DNA of 64,000 bases, taken from contig JAFNIT010000004.1 in the NCBI GenBank assembly GCA_017601345.1, positions 379 through 64,378 of the forward strand, in the 5' to 3' direction. The stretch comes from Candidatus Brockarchaeota archaeon (GTDB lineage: Archaea; Thermoproteota; EX4484-205; JAAOZP01). The notes beneath the pieces were generated by a model, which ran no database searches, was not told the origin of the DNA, and was given only the letters and a program-made list of their open reading frames with translations. Shown piece after piece: positions 37,453-46,891 of this stretch. Each line of letters opens with the position of its first letter. Position 1 is the first letter of the stretch. Both the position numbers and the translations under genes were made by a program.

Positions 37453-38652
37453 GTGGAAAAACATGTAGGAAATTTGAAGGGGCTAGATTTTGAAACAGTT
37501 ACGGTTATAGAAGGAAAAGCAGAAATAATCGTGCCAAAACTGGATTACTACAGAGTTTCACCAAACGAATACGTGCCGTCGAAAGCACCAGTATTCTACA
37601 ATCCCTTGATGAAGGAGAATAGGGATTTGACTATTGCCGTCGCAAGCATAATGAGGAGAGAAAACGGTCGCAAGCTTGTTTTCGGCGATTCTATGGCAGG
37701 GGTGGGCGTTAGGTCGATAAGGATACTTTTGGAAGCGGGTTGGGATGAAGCCTATGTGAACGACAATAGTGAAAGAGCTTTTGCAAGTATAGTTTTAAAC
37801 TTAGAGAGAAACGGTTTGGTTGAGAGAACGCACGCATCTAAAATCGACGCAAACCTTTTCCACGCGGAACACTCGTCCCCGGGAACTAGGTTTGACATGC
37901 TTGACATAGACCCCTTCGGAACGCCTGTTAGATTCCTGGATACTGGGGTTCGAGCAGTTAAGCATGGGGGCCTCATCAGTATTACTGCCACGGATACAGC
38001 CAACCTCTTTGGGGTCCATAAGAGAGCCGCCAAAATACTCTATGGAGTTAATGTTTTTAAAACAGGGTTCATGAGGGAAATGGGCATCAGGGTTCTGCTC
38101 AAGACTCTTGCAGAAGCTGCTGCCAGAAGCGAGAGGGGGGTCGAGCCTATAGTATCCGTTGCCAGTAGGCATTACGTGAAGATAATTGCAAGAGTTTTAA
38201 AAGGGAGGAAACATGCTTTTCAAACGGTCTCGAAAATCGGTTTCCTCAGGGTGAGGAGGGCTAACGGCATCTATGAGCCGATGGGCCCAGTAGACCTGCC
38301 GGAGACCGGGATTGGCGATTCCTGCATTCTACTGGGCCCCCTGTATTTGGGAGAGGTTTTTTCCAGAAGCTGGGTTGAAAAAATAGCTGTAGAAACAGTT
38401 GAGAAGAACTGGATGGATGAGAAGATCTCAAAAATTGCTAACAGCCTTCTCTTAGACGATCAGAAGACCCTGGGAGGAGTTGACCTCGTGGGCTTGGCAT
38501 CTAGCCTCCGCATATCTCCTCCAAGCATCAGAACCGTTATTGAAAAACTTCTAGAAAAAGGATTCCAAGCATGCAGAAGCGGTTTCGATGCAAATTGTAT
38601 AAGGACTGACGCAGGACTAAACGATTTGGTAAAAATTGTTAAGAGCCTTTGA
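37453..38652 (+). CDS. trm1: tRNA (guanine26-N2)-dimethyltransferase
   Basis: VFYNPLMKENRDL, DIDPFGTP, ITATD blocks. GTG start. Confidence 0.85.
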   Translation: MEKHVGNLKGLDFETVTVIEGKAEIIVPKLDYYRVSPNEYVPSKAPVFYNPLMKENRDLTIAVASIMRRENGRKLVFGDSMAGVGVRSIRILLEAGWDEAYVNDNSERAFASIVLNLERNGLVERTHASKIDANLFHAEHSSPGTRFDMLDIDPFGTPVRFLDTGVRAVKHGGLISITATDTANLFGVHKRAAKILYGVNVFKTGFMREMGIRVLLKTLAEAAARSERGVEPIVSVASRHYVKIIARVLKGRKHAFQTVSKIGFLRVRRANGIYEPMGPVDLPETGIGDSCILLGPLYLGEVFSRSWVEKIAVETVEKNWMDEKISKIANSLLLDDQKTLGGVDLVGLASSLRISPPSIRTVIEKLLEKGFQACRSGFDANCIRTDAGLNDLVKIVKSL

Positions 38653-39271
38653 AAAACCTTGCGACGAGATAGTATTCAGAACTGCTTTTTCGAGAAGCCT
38701 TTGGCTTAACTCTCTTCACAAATTTAAACATTCTAAATACCTTTCTATCAACTCTGCGAGCATACTGTCCTTCAAAAATTTTTATAACTAAACAACCACC
38801 TTTTCTCAAAAGGTCCTTCAAAAGGCTGATTACTCTCTCAACCATTTCTATCTGTCTCGCATGATCTATTTCATAAATGCCTGACATGTTTGGAGAAAGG
38901 TCTGAGAGAACAACGTCAAACTTACCTCCCGATATTCTCATTACTTTGTTCGTGAAGTCCTCGTCGAAAACGTTGAGAACGCATGTTTTAACATTCTCCA
39001 ACTCTAAGTCTTCAACGGGCTTTAAGTCCACACCTAGAACCATTCCCGAGTTTCCAACGTGTTGAGAAGCCACTTGAAGCCACCCGCCTGGGGCACAGCC
39101 TATATCTAGTACATTGTCTCCTGGTTTTATAATCCTGTACTTGCCGATTATTTGTTTGAGCTTGAAAGAGGCTCTGCTACGGTAACCCTCTTTCTTAGAG
39201 AGGATGAAGTATGGGTCATTTCTCCTCTCGTGCAACCAGCGCCTCTTTGACTTCAACTCCAGTGCCTCCAA
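38639..39271 (-). CDS. rlmE: 23S rRNA 2'-O-ribose methyltransferase RlmE/FtsJ
   Basis: WLHERRNDPYF, YRSRASFKL, VLDIGCAPGGWLQV, DVVLSD. Confidence 0.85.
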   Translation of the reverse strand: MEALELKSKRRWLHERRNDPYFILSKKEGYRSRASFKLKQIIGKYRIIKPGDNVLDIGCAPGGWLQVASQHVGNSGMVLGVDLKPVEDLELENVKTCVLNVFDEDFTNKVMRISGGKFDVVLSDLSPNMSGIYEIDHARQIEMVERVISLLKDLLRKGGCLVIKIFEGQYARRVDRKVFRMFKFVKRVKPKASRKSSSEYYLVARFFKGS

Positions 39272-39662
39272 GCTCTATCGTGAGCACCCATCTATCTAGC
39301 AACTCGCAACGCTCCGGGCTTACGACAGAGTCCGAGGCGCAGCCCCTATTGAAGTACTGGCAGGAGAAGCACGGCGAGCCTTTCAGAGAGTCTATCTTCG
39401 GTATTTTCCGAGTTGAGTAAAGCTTGTACGTCCATCTTTCCTTGTGTAAAACTTTCTCTCTCCTTATAAGACCCCATGACTCTAGTTTTAAACATATTCT
39501 GGAACCTTCTCTACTAGAGATGTTGAGCATCTTGTATAGGTCTGTCTGTATAACACCGTCCTTAGACCGCATTATTATGTTAAGGACCTTACCCTCTAGC
39601 CTATATCTCCTTGAGGCCTTTCTCACCACCGGAGCTTTCACCATCTTATTAAAAGCGTTCAA
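39216..39662 (-). CDS. TFE-beta / RPC34(RPC39)-like wHTH protein with a 4-Cys (FeS-type) C-terminal motif
   Basis: wHTH (LYKMLNISSREGSRICLKLESWGLIRR), then SPCFSCQYFNRGCASDSVVSPERCELLDRW, which matches the PCxxC...C...sPxxC..L..W pattern. Overlaps the rlmE start by 56 nt. Confidence 0.55.
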   Translation of the reverse strand: MNAFNKMVKAPVVRKASRRYRLEGKVLNIIMRSKDGVIQTDLYKMLNISSREGSRICLKLESWGLIRREKVLHKERWTYKLYSTRKIPKIDSLKGSPCFSCQYFNRGCASDSVVSPERCELLDRWVLTIELGGTGVEVKEALVAREEK

Positions 39663-39695
39663 AAGCTATAAAGGTTTCTAAGGCTCTATTACGTT

Positions 39696-39929
39696 TCACC
39701 TTCTACCTGGTTTAAAAAACAAGACATCGCCCTTCTTAAGACCCTTAACCCCCTTTCTTAAAACAATTACTGCATAAGGCTCCTTGACAGGGCCTATTAT
39801 GTCGGCAACGTTTCCCACAGGCTTCCTCGAACCGTTTAGAACAGTGGAGCCAAGACTAACCAAGCCCTCCAGCTTTACTACAGCGATTCTCCCGCTAACA
39901 ATATTTTCAACAAGCCCCTTACGCTTCAA
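39696..39929 (-). CDS. gar1: H/ACA RNP protein Gar1
   Basis: 77 aa; VVKLEG...GSTVLNGSRKPVGNVADIIGPVKEPYAVI. Confidence 0.75.
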   Translation of the reverse strand: MKRKGLVENIVSGRIAVVKLEGLVSLGSTVLNGSRKPVGNVADIIGPVKEPYAVIVLRKGVKGLKKGDVLFFKPGRR

Positions 39930-40222
39930 CCGCCTACACCCCTAAGGATTCTGCCGATTTCTTGGATAAGGCTTCTCTTATTCAAACCATTACAGAATAC
40001 GATTATCCTGCCCGATTTAGTGTTGCTCATCCTAGGGTAAGTTTTCTCCGATTCTATCATAGTTCTGAAACCAAGCTTGTCGCAAGCTTCTTTAATCCTG
40101 ATTAAACTTGGAGAGCTTGTTGCAAGCCCTTTTGCGATACGTCTTCCATTTTTACGCGAGAGTTTAGAATCAAAATATTGAGGATAAATTATTACGTAAC
40201 GATCTTTTGAAATCCTCTTCAT
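39926..40222 (-). CDS. srp19: Signal recognition particle protein SRP19
   Basis: IIYPQYFDSKLSRKNGRRI motif, 98 aa. Confidence 0.8.
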   Translation of the reverse strand: MKRISKDRYVIIYPQYFDSKLSRKNGRRIAKGLATSSPSLIRIKEACDKLGFRTMIESEKTYPRMSNTKSGRIIVFCNGLNKRSLIQEIGRILRGVGG

Positions 40223-40608
40223 CCCGTGTGGACCAGCCTAGCGTTAACAACCCCGTCTGCTCCCGGTTTTGAAGTTACTATCGCATTACCCACCTCTGTC
40301 TTTATCACGGCACCTTTAGTTATCACTTTCATTCTGCTAAACTCTCTGCTAGCAGGATTTTCAACAACGTCCAGAATCCTAGCCCTAACAACCCTGTCTT
40401 TTTCAACAGCAACATTAGCGTAAGCAGCTTTGAGGACTCTGATTTTTATACCTCCGCCCCTGACCCTGATCTTCTTAGTCTCATCCTCCTCGCCTATCTT
40501 CGTAAGCGTTGGCGGTCGCCCCATCTCATACTTACGCTTACTCCTGTAAGGATTCTTCTTACCACCAGTACTCTTCCTTTTGAACAGGTCTCCATGGTAT
40601 ACGGACAA
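40219..40608 (-). CDS. rps8e: 30S ribosomal protein S8e
   Basis: MSVYHGDLFKRKSTGGKK...RKYEMGRPP...KIRVRGGG. Confidence 0.9.
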   Translation of the reverse strand: MSVYHGDLFKRKSTGGKKNPYRSKRKYEMGRPPTLTKIGEEDETKKIRVRGGGIKIRVLKAAYANVAVEKDRVVRARILDVVENPASREFSRMKVITKGAVIKTEVGNAIVTSKPGADGVVNARLVHTG

Positions 40609-40786
40609 TTCCGTCTCAGTGTTTTGAAATAACCCTTAAAAACTTATTCCTACACGGTCTTATGAGTCTTATGGATCCAGGGAAAGGCCCTGGGGCATCT
40701 GTACGTAGAAGCACTGCGTATTTGAGGAGCATGCTGGAAAGAACGAAACCCCAGGGCTTGGAAAAGGTGGTGGAGATGGTTTAAAA

Positions 40787-43700
40787 TTGCATCTCACCAA
40801 GATTGAGATTAGGAATTTCAAATCTATAGGAGACCGGCAAGTAATAAACCTGAGCAAAGGGCTGACGGTGCTGACGGGTAGAAACGGCTCAGGCAAATGT
40901 GTTGCGCCATGGATGCCCGTGGCCCAGCCTTGGGGAGGTAAACCTATAGAATCTCTTTTCCATGACGCTTGTTCCGACGGCATAAGGATTAGTGAAGAGA
41001 CTTCTGAGTACGTGATTCCCTCTGGGAAAGTGATGCTATTAAGTTACCATGGACGCCTAAACAAGTGTTTAGAAACCAGCGTTAGTACTTTTTTCAGAAA
41101 GCCTTACGACGGCTGGTTATTAAAACTGGTAACGTTATCAGGTAGGATCGTCGAAGTTACTCCAGAGCATAGAATAGCGGTAGCTTTTAGCACCAGTTTT
41201 AAATGGGTTGAAGCATCGTCTCTAACGCCGGATAGTAAAATAATGGTTTTTGAAAACGGGAAGATTAGGATCGATGTCTTAGACAAGGTTGTTAGGAAGC
41301 GTTGGGCAGGCATGGTTTACGACCTCTACGTAAGAAACGTTGGGTCATACATTATTGGAGACGGAGTAATAGTTCATAATAGTAATCTGGTTGACGCAAT
41401 ACGTTTCGCATTAGGAGAGAATAGCCCTAAGCTACTCAGAACTGATAGGCTTTCCTCCCTAGTCAATGATAACGCTGGAAAAGATGCGGAAGCATATGTG
41501 AAAGTAACCATAGATAACAGTGATTCCGCCATTCCCGGCCAAGATAAGATCATTACGATAGCGAGAAGAATGGGACGTGATGGAGAGAGCACATACCATA
41601 TCAATGGCAGAAGAACCCCTAGGAATGTTATTGAAGACATAATCTCTACAGCCGGTCTTTCAGCCAGAGGGTACAATATAATTCTTCAAGGAGAAATATC
41701 AAGACTTGCAGATAAGAATCCGGTGGAGAGAAGAAGGGAGATCGAGCAGGCGCTTGGCCTAGCCCAGTACGATGAGAAAAAGATGGAGGCCCTTAACAAC
41801 CTGCAGCAAGCAGACAATAATCTTAGGGTTGCACAGGCCAGGCTCCAAGAAATAGATAGGAGGATGCTCCAGTTAGAAAGGGAGAGGAACCTTCTTTTGA
41901 GAAGACGGATGCTTGAGAAGGAGATTGAAAAAGTACAGCTTATAATAGACTCTCTCGAGTACTGGAGGCTCATAAATAAGCTTAATGATGTTTCTGAAAG
42001 AATTGAAGAGAACAATGTTTTAAAAAACAAGCTTGAAAACGAACTTTATGCAATACAATCTGAAAGGAAGAAACTTATGGAAAGAACTGAAGAGTTATTG
42101 AAGGCAGTTCCATCAATCGGTGATTCTGAGAAGATTAAGCTTGAGTATGAGCTTAAAGATTGTGAAAGACAGCTCTACGAATGTTTGAAAAATACAGAGG
42201 AGGAAAATCTAGAATTAAATACTATTAAAAAAGAACTAAGGAAAGTTAAGAAGAAGAAAAGCAAGATGCAGGGAAAGATTAAACGATTACTAAAAGTTGC
42301 AAGCAGGATGTCGACAAAATATTCTTCCCTCACTAATCTACTCACTGGGCTCTCAGAAGAGAAGAAGAGAATGCAAGAAATTGAGAGGAGAAGGATGGAA
42401 GAAGCTTATCAGATCAGAAGCCAATTAACTATGGTTGAGAAAGAGTTGGAGAAGACACTTGTAGAAGAAAAGAATGCTGAAAGGATGCTGAAAGATATTC
42501 TCATTCATTATAACGGTGTTAGGAGGAGAATGAGTAACTTGAACAGGATGAAAAACAGAGAGAGCGCTAGGAGGAGCAGATTAATAGAAAAACTAGACGA
42601 CCTTGAAAAATCACTGGCGGAGAGAAGAAAAACACTTAGCAATACTATTGAAATGCTTAAAGTCCTTACCGAAAGCATGGATGTGTTCAGAATATTCTTT
42701 GCAAAGGCATCTGGCGCTTTAAGCTACAGGGATAGGAAAGATAAGGGGAGAATCCTAGAGCTTATGAGAAGAATCTTAGAAGAGAAGGGTTTAAGAGTCT
42801 ATGGAATTTTAAGGGAAAACCTCTGGTTCCCTGAGGATGTTAAAAAGGCTGTTGAAAGCCTGGCCGGAGAGTGGATGGACTCCGTTCTAGTTGGGAATTC
42901 GCTAGATATGCTTGTGTTAACGAAACTGTTCAGCGGAGAAACCACTGGCATAAGAGTGTTAACGCCTGAAGGAGAAATCTCTAAAAAGGAAGTGCCCTCT
43001 AAGTTTAATGGACGGGGCACCCATCTAATGGATTTGCTTAAGTATCCTAAGGTTATTGAGAAACATGTTTTAAAAATATTCTGGAATAGTGTTTTGGCAA
43101 ACAGTGTTGAAGATGCTTTAGCTTTTGTGAAGAATGGTTTTAAAGCAGTAACTCGAGACGGGCAGGTTTTCACAAGCGAAGGCGCGTTAATACCGGATGA
43201 TAGTGATAAGGAATTTGAAAATATCCTGAAATTTATTAAAACCTTCACTGGGAAGGCTGGAGAATTGTCTAAGATGATTGAAACAGTAGAGATGCACATA
43301 AAACATTCTTTAAGCAGGAAGATGGTGGAGACAACAGAGTTCCGAAACAAGCTTGAAGGCGAGTTAAATGCCATCGACGCATATATGAGTAGGCTGGAGG
43401 AACAATTGAATATTCTAGCTAATGAATACTTGTCGACCTCTAGGAGACTTAACCAAGTTTTTAGAGAACGGAATACTGGCAAAAAGCGTTTGCTTGAAAA
43501 AGAGTTGCAAAGACTAAGATCTTCGATAACTTTGAAAGAGAAGGAGTTGAGGAACATCCGGAAGAAGATAGGCCTGCTTGAAGAGAAGATGGAGAAATTA
43601 GATAATGAAAAAATGCGAGTTAGAAGAAGCTTAATAGAGATTGAGAACATTGTTAATACACTGCGTAGGAGAATTGAGGAATATAGGAAAGTTGAGGGAG

Positions 43701-44683
43701 CATTAGCAAGTAGTATTTTTGCGATTAGGAATGAAATTAGAAGCTCCATAGTTTTAGCAAACGATCTTAGGAATAAAATAGAATTCTTAAAGTCGAAGAT
43801 AGGGGAGGATGCTGGAGTAGAATACGGGGAGAGAGGTGAGCTTGTTGAAGCAATACGGAGACTTGATGAAGAGGCTGAGAGATTAAATTCAGAGATTAAT
43901 AGGGTTAAAGACGTTGAGAGGAGGCTTCTAGTAGAGAAAGAAGTTAATGAAAGCAAGATAGAAGAGCTGAGAAACAGAATTCTGGGTCAACCATTACGGG
44001 TGCCGGAAGAAACTAGAGACTCTGCGGAGAGGTACTTAAGCATTCTTAAGAGCGAGCTTGAAAAAGTCCGAGAAGTAAACATGCTCGCTATTAAGCAGTA
44101 TGAACAGGAGATAGATTTCTATAGGAATGCCTTAGAAAGGATTAACGAGCTGGAGGAAGAGAGGAGAAGCATTCAAGAGTTTATGGAGGAAATTGAAAGA
44201 AAGAAAAGAGAGGCTTTTCTAGAGGGTTTGAGCAAAATAAACAGTTATTTCTCAACGTTTTTCAACAAGATGACCGGCGGAGAAGGCTGGCTTCAACCTG
44301 AGGATCCTGATAATCCTCTCGAAACAGGCTTGAACGTCTACGTTAAGTTCCCGGGAAAGGAGGCTAGAGTAATAAGTGGAGTAAGCGGGGGGGAGAAGTC
44401 AGTTGCAGCACTCTGCCTAATCTTTGCGATGCAGAAACTTTTTCCAGCAGCATTCTACATTTTCGACGAACCAGATGCGCATTTGGATTACGTCAACATC
44501 GATAAGATGACTGACCTCCTTAAGGAAGTCTCTAAGGAGAGTCAGATCATAGTAATATCACTCAGAGATGTCGTCGTCAGCAAGGCTGATAAGGTTATAG
44601 GAGTATACGTTAAGAAGGGGATGTCAAGGTTCATGGAGATGCCAGGCGAGAGGGCTCTGGAGGAGATAGCTGTTGCTGGATGA
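40787..44683 (+). CDS. smc: Chromosome segregation protein SMC (canonical), precursor carrying a mini-intein in the Walker A loop
   Basis: IEIRNFKS...LTGRNGSGK|C...HN|SNLVDAIRFALGE; long coiled coils; hinge region about aa 700-800; SGGEKSVAALCLIFAMQ; FYIFDEPDAHLD. TTG start. Confidence 0.9.
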   Translation: MHLTKIEIRNFKSIGDRQVINLSKGLTVLTGRNGSGKCVAPWMPVAQPWGGKPIESLFHDACSDGIRISEETSEYVIPSGKVMLLSYHGRLNKCLETSVSTFFRKPYDGWLLKLVTLSGRIVEVTPEHRIAVAFSTSFKWVEASSLTPDSKIMVFENGKIRIDVLDKVVRKRWAGMVYDLYVRNVGSYIIGDGVIVHNSNLVDAIRFALGENSPKLLRTDRLSSLVNDNAGKDAEAYVKVTIDNSDSAIPGQDKIITIARRMGRDGESTYHINGRRTPRNVIEDIISTAGLSARGYNIILQGEISRLADKNPVERRREIEQALGLAQYDEKKMEALNNLQQADNNLRVAQARLQEIDRRMLQLERERNLLLRRRMLEKEIEKVQLIIDSLEYWRLINKLNDVSERIEENNVLKNKLENELYAIQSERKKLMERTEELLKAVPSIGDSEKIKLEYELKDCERQLYECLKNTEEENLELNTIKKELRKVKKKKSKMQGKIKRLLKVASRMSTKYSSLTNLLTGLSEEKKRMQEIERRRMEEAYQIRSQLTMVEKELEKTLVEEKNAERMLKDILIHYNGVRRRMSNLNRMKNRESARRSRLIEKLDDLEKSLAERRKTLSNTIEMLKVLTESMDVFRIFFAKASGALSYRDRKDKGRILELMRRILEEKGLRVYGILRENLWFPEDVKKAVESLAGEWMDSVLVGNSLDMLVLTKLFSGETTGIRVLTPEGEISKKEVPSKFNGRGTHLMDLLKYPKVIEKHVLKIFWNSVLANSVEDALAFVKNGFKAVTRDGQVFTSEGALIPDDSDKEFENILKFIKTFTGKAGELSKMIETVEMHIKHSLSRKMVETTEFRNKLEGELNAIDAYMSRLEEQLNILANEYLSTSRRLNQVFRERNTGKKRLLEKELQRLRSSITLKEKELRNIRKKIGLLEEKMEKLDNEKMRVRRSLIEIENIVNTLRRRIEEYRKVEGALASSIFAIRNEIRSSIVLANDLRNKIEFLKSKIGEDAGVEYGERGELVEAIRRLDEEAERLNSEINRVKDVERRLLVEKEVNESKIEELRNRILGQPLRVPEETRDSAERYLSILKSELEKVREVNMLAIKQYEQEIDFYRNALERINELEEERRSIQEFMEEIERKKREAFLEGLSKINSYFSTFFNKMTGGEGWLQPEDPDNPLETGLNVYVKFPGKEARVISGVSGGEKSVAALCLIFAMQKLFPAAFYIFDEPDAHLDYVNIDKMTDLLKEVSKESQIIVISLRDVVVSKADKVIGVYVKKGMSRFMEMPGERALEEIAVAG
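40898..41380 (+). mobile_element. Class-1 mini-intein (161 aa, no homing endonuclease domain) within smc
   Basis: Starts with Cys right after GSGK, has the block B TxxH motif (VTPEH), and ends ...GDGVIVHN followed by Ser(+1). Removal restores GRNGSGKSN. Confidence 0.8.
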
Positions 44684-45341
44684 AGCTCAGGAAGCATCTG
44701 AATTAATATTCGACTTAATAAGGCTAAGGAGAGTTAATCCGTGGGATGTTAAAATATCCGGTGTCTTGAAGCAGTTATCCAAAGAGCTTCGCGGAAAAGG
44801 CTATATGCAGTTCACCCTTTCAGGACTATTGTTATTAGCATCCTCCATAATCTACTTGAGGAAGACAGAGACCCTTCTAAACATCGAGCCAAAAGGAGAT
44901 GAAGATGCTGGGGAAATCAAGGATGTTGCAGACTTTCCTCTAGAAGCACTTGATAAAATAAGTCCTTCAAACATCCCCCTCAGACCTTCGCAACCCGTTA
45001 TAGATCTTGAACAACTGGTTAAAGCACTCCTCCGCATATTGGAGAAAGAATATTCGAAGAAACCTGTTGAAGAAGAGCCTTTGCCACCAATAGTCCCCCA
45101 GCAAGACGAGTTTATGAGAAACATTGAGAAAATGGTTGAGGAGTTTAAGAAAAGCCTTTTCGAACAGGTAGTTAGCCAAGGCAGGGTTCCTTTGAGAAGC
45201 CTACTTGAAGGAAAACAGCCCCTTGAAGCAGCTAGAACGTTCATATTAATACTCTTCGTACTGTCTGAGCCCGGTTTCGACATTGTTTTCGAAGGTGACG
45301 AGTGCTACATAGTGGCGGAGGATGGTTTTGAAGGAATCTGA
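44673..45341 (+). CDS. scpA: Segregation and condensation protein A (kleisin)
   Basis: 222 aa, overlaps the smc stop. N-terminal LIRLRRVNPWDVKISGVLKQ and C-terminal AARTFILILFVLSEPGFDI fit ScpA. TTG start. Confidence 0.75.
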   Translation: MLDEAQEASELIFDLIRLRRVNPWDVKISGVLKQLSKELRGKGYMQFTLSGLLLLASSIIYLRKTETLLNIEPKGDEDAGEIKDVADFPLEALDKISPSNIPLRPSQPVIDLEQLVKALLRILEKEYSKKPVEEEPLPPIVPQQDEFMRNIEKMVEEFKKSLFEQVVSQGRVPLRSLLEGKQPLEAARTFILILFVLSEPGFDIVFEGDECYIVAEDGFEGI

Positions 45342-45882
45342 ATATAAAAAGAGGATTGAGGCAGCACTGTTCGCGTCAGGCAGACCATTAAGCATTTTAC
45401 AACTCAAGTCTGCAGCAGGAGCTAGAAAGGTTGAGAAGGTTGAGAACGCTTTAGGAGAGTTGATTGAAGAATACAGGTCGAGAGATACAAGTCTTGAAAT
45501 AGTCGAGATAGGTCATGAAAACTACATGCTTAGAGTAAAGCCCGAGTACGTCAACTTCATTAAAAAGCTAGGGGTAAAGCCTATGATCAGCAGAGCTGGT
45601 TTGAAAACTCTGACTCTGATAGGTTTAAAACAGCCGATTGCGCAGTCTAAGATTGTCGCCCTACGGGGGACGCATGCTTATAAACAGATCCGGAAGTTGA
45701 TTGAAATGGGGCTTGTTGAAGCAAGCAGAAGTGGGAGAAGCAGATTACTAAGTCTCACTCCAACCGGTTTAAGCATTTTCGGTGCATGTAGCGATGAGGA
45801 GCTTAAACAAGCCTTAAGAAGCCGCCTACAACCAATGTCCTCCCATGAACAGAATAGGGAGAATACAGGACAGGCTAAGTAG
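45322..45882 (+). CDS. scpB: Segregation and condensation protein B (kite)
   Basis: RIEAALFASGRPLSILQL and a second WH ...SRAGLKTLTLIGLKQPIAQSKI. Confidence 0.8.
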   Translation: MVLKESEYKKRIEAALFASGRPLSILQLKSAAGARKVEKVENALGELIEEYRSRDTSLEIVEIGHENYMLRVKPEYVNFIKKLGVKPMISRAGLKTLTLIGLKQPIAQSKIVALRGTHAYKQIRKLIEMGLVEASRSGRSRLLSLTPTGLSIFGACSDEELKQALRSRLQPMSSHEQNRENTGQAK

Positions 45883-46891
45883 AACAGGCATAGACCTTCT
45901 AGCCTTAAGAGAACAGGGGAACATAATATACGCTATTGACTGGGATAAGCCTATTTCAGGAATCCTCTTAATACCGAGAAGCGGTGAAGCTAAGCTTCTG
46001 ACAAGCCAGCTTGAAAGCGTTAACCTCCCTTCTTCGCTCAACGACGTTAAAGTGGTTAAAATGGAGAGGGGCGAGAGGATTCTTAAAGGCTTTTTGAAAG
46101 AAGTGGGAAGAGGATTCAAATATATTGAGTTCGACTCCATAGATATGGATGATGCTCTGAAGCTGAAGGAAGAGCTTGGCGTCCTAATAAGGACCAGGAG
46201 CAAGATTGTAAGCGAAATGCGTGCGGTGAAGGATCCTTGTGAAATTGAAAAAATGAAGAAGGCGGCTGAAATAGCGAGTTCAACAGCTGGAGAATTGCTT
46301 GAGGGTTTGAAGGAGGGAGTCTCTGAAGTTGAATCCGCTTGCCAGTATAATTATACTATTGTACTGAAGGGGGCTTTAAAACCTGCTTTCGAAACCATAG
46401 TGGCTTTCGGAGAAGACTCGTCCAATCCCCATTTCACTCCATCATCCAGAAGACTGCGGAGAGGAGACGTCGTGTTACTGGATGCTGGAGCAGATTATTT
46501 GAACTATAAAAGTGATTTGACGAGGACTATAGTGTTCAAGGGGGGAGTGGGAAAAAACACGATTAGAGAAATGATTGAAGCAGTTGAGGAGGCTAAGAGG
46601 GCTGCTGAAGGAAAGGCCTTTCCAGGAGTTAAGGCTTGTGAAATAGATGAACGTGCGTGCGAAGTACTTTCGGAATATGGTTTCGACAAGTATTTTGCAC
46701 ACGGGCTTGGGCATGGTGTTGGAATTGATATTCATGAGCCGCCTAGTATTGCTCCTTTAAGCAATGAAGAGCTTAAGGAGGGCAATGTTATAACTATAGA
46801 ACCAGGGGTCTACGTACCGGGCGTAGGCGGAGTGAGGATTGAGGATACTTATCTCATAACCGATTCTGGGCCTGTAAAACTCACTTTTTAA
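45845..46891 (+). CDS. M24-family Xaa-Pro aminopeptidase/dipeptidase
   Basis: DAGADY...SDLTRT, HGLGHGVGIDIHEPP, ITIEPGVY, VRIED. Confidence 0.85.
   Translation: MNRIGRIQDRLSRTGIDLLALREQGNIIYAIDWDKPISGILLIPRSGEAKLLTSQLESVNLPSSLNDVKVVKMERGERILKGFLKEVGRGFKYIEFDSIDMDDALKLKEELGVLIRTRSKIVSEMRAVKDPCEIEKMKKAAEIASSTAGELLEGLKEGVSEVESACQYNYTIVLKGALKPAFETIVAFGEDSSNPHFTPSSRRLRRGDVVLLDAGADYLNYKSDLTRTIVFKGGVGKNTIREMIEAVEEAKRAAEGKAFPGVKACEIDERACEVLSEYGFDKYFAHGLGHGVGIDIHEPPSIAPLSNEELKEGNVITIEPGVYVPGVGGVRIEDTYLITDSGPVKLTF

Noticed and set aside
40680-40700. CCAGGG-AAAGG-CCCTGG hairpin in the S8e/smc divergent intergenic region as an ncRNA
   Set aside because: It is only a 6-bp stem in a promoter-containing divergent spacer, with no box motifs or extended structure. 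This is too weak to call.
40669-40983. 104-aa minus-strand ORF across the smc start region
   Set aside because: It overlaps the conserved SMC N-terminus in antisense, is Pro/Ser-rich, and has no recognisable motif.
42799-43956. 385-aa minus-strand ORF inside smc (and similar ones at 41374-42030)
   Set aside because: It is the antisense of a Lys/Glu-rich coiled-coil region, with S/L/F-rich composition and no start context. This is a classic shadow ORF.
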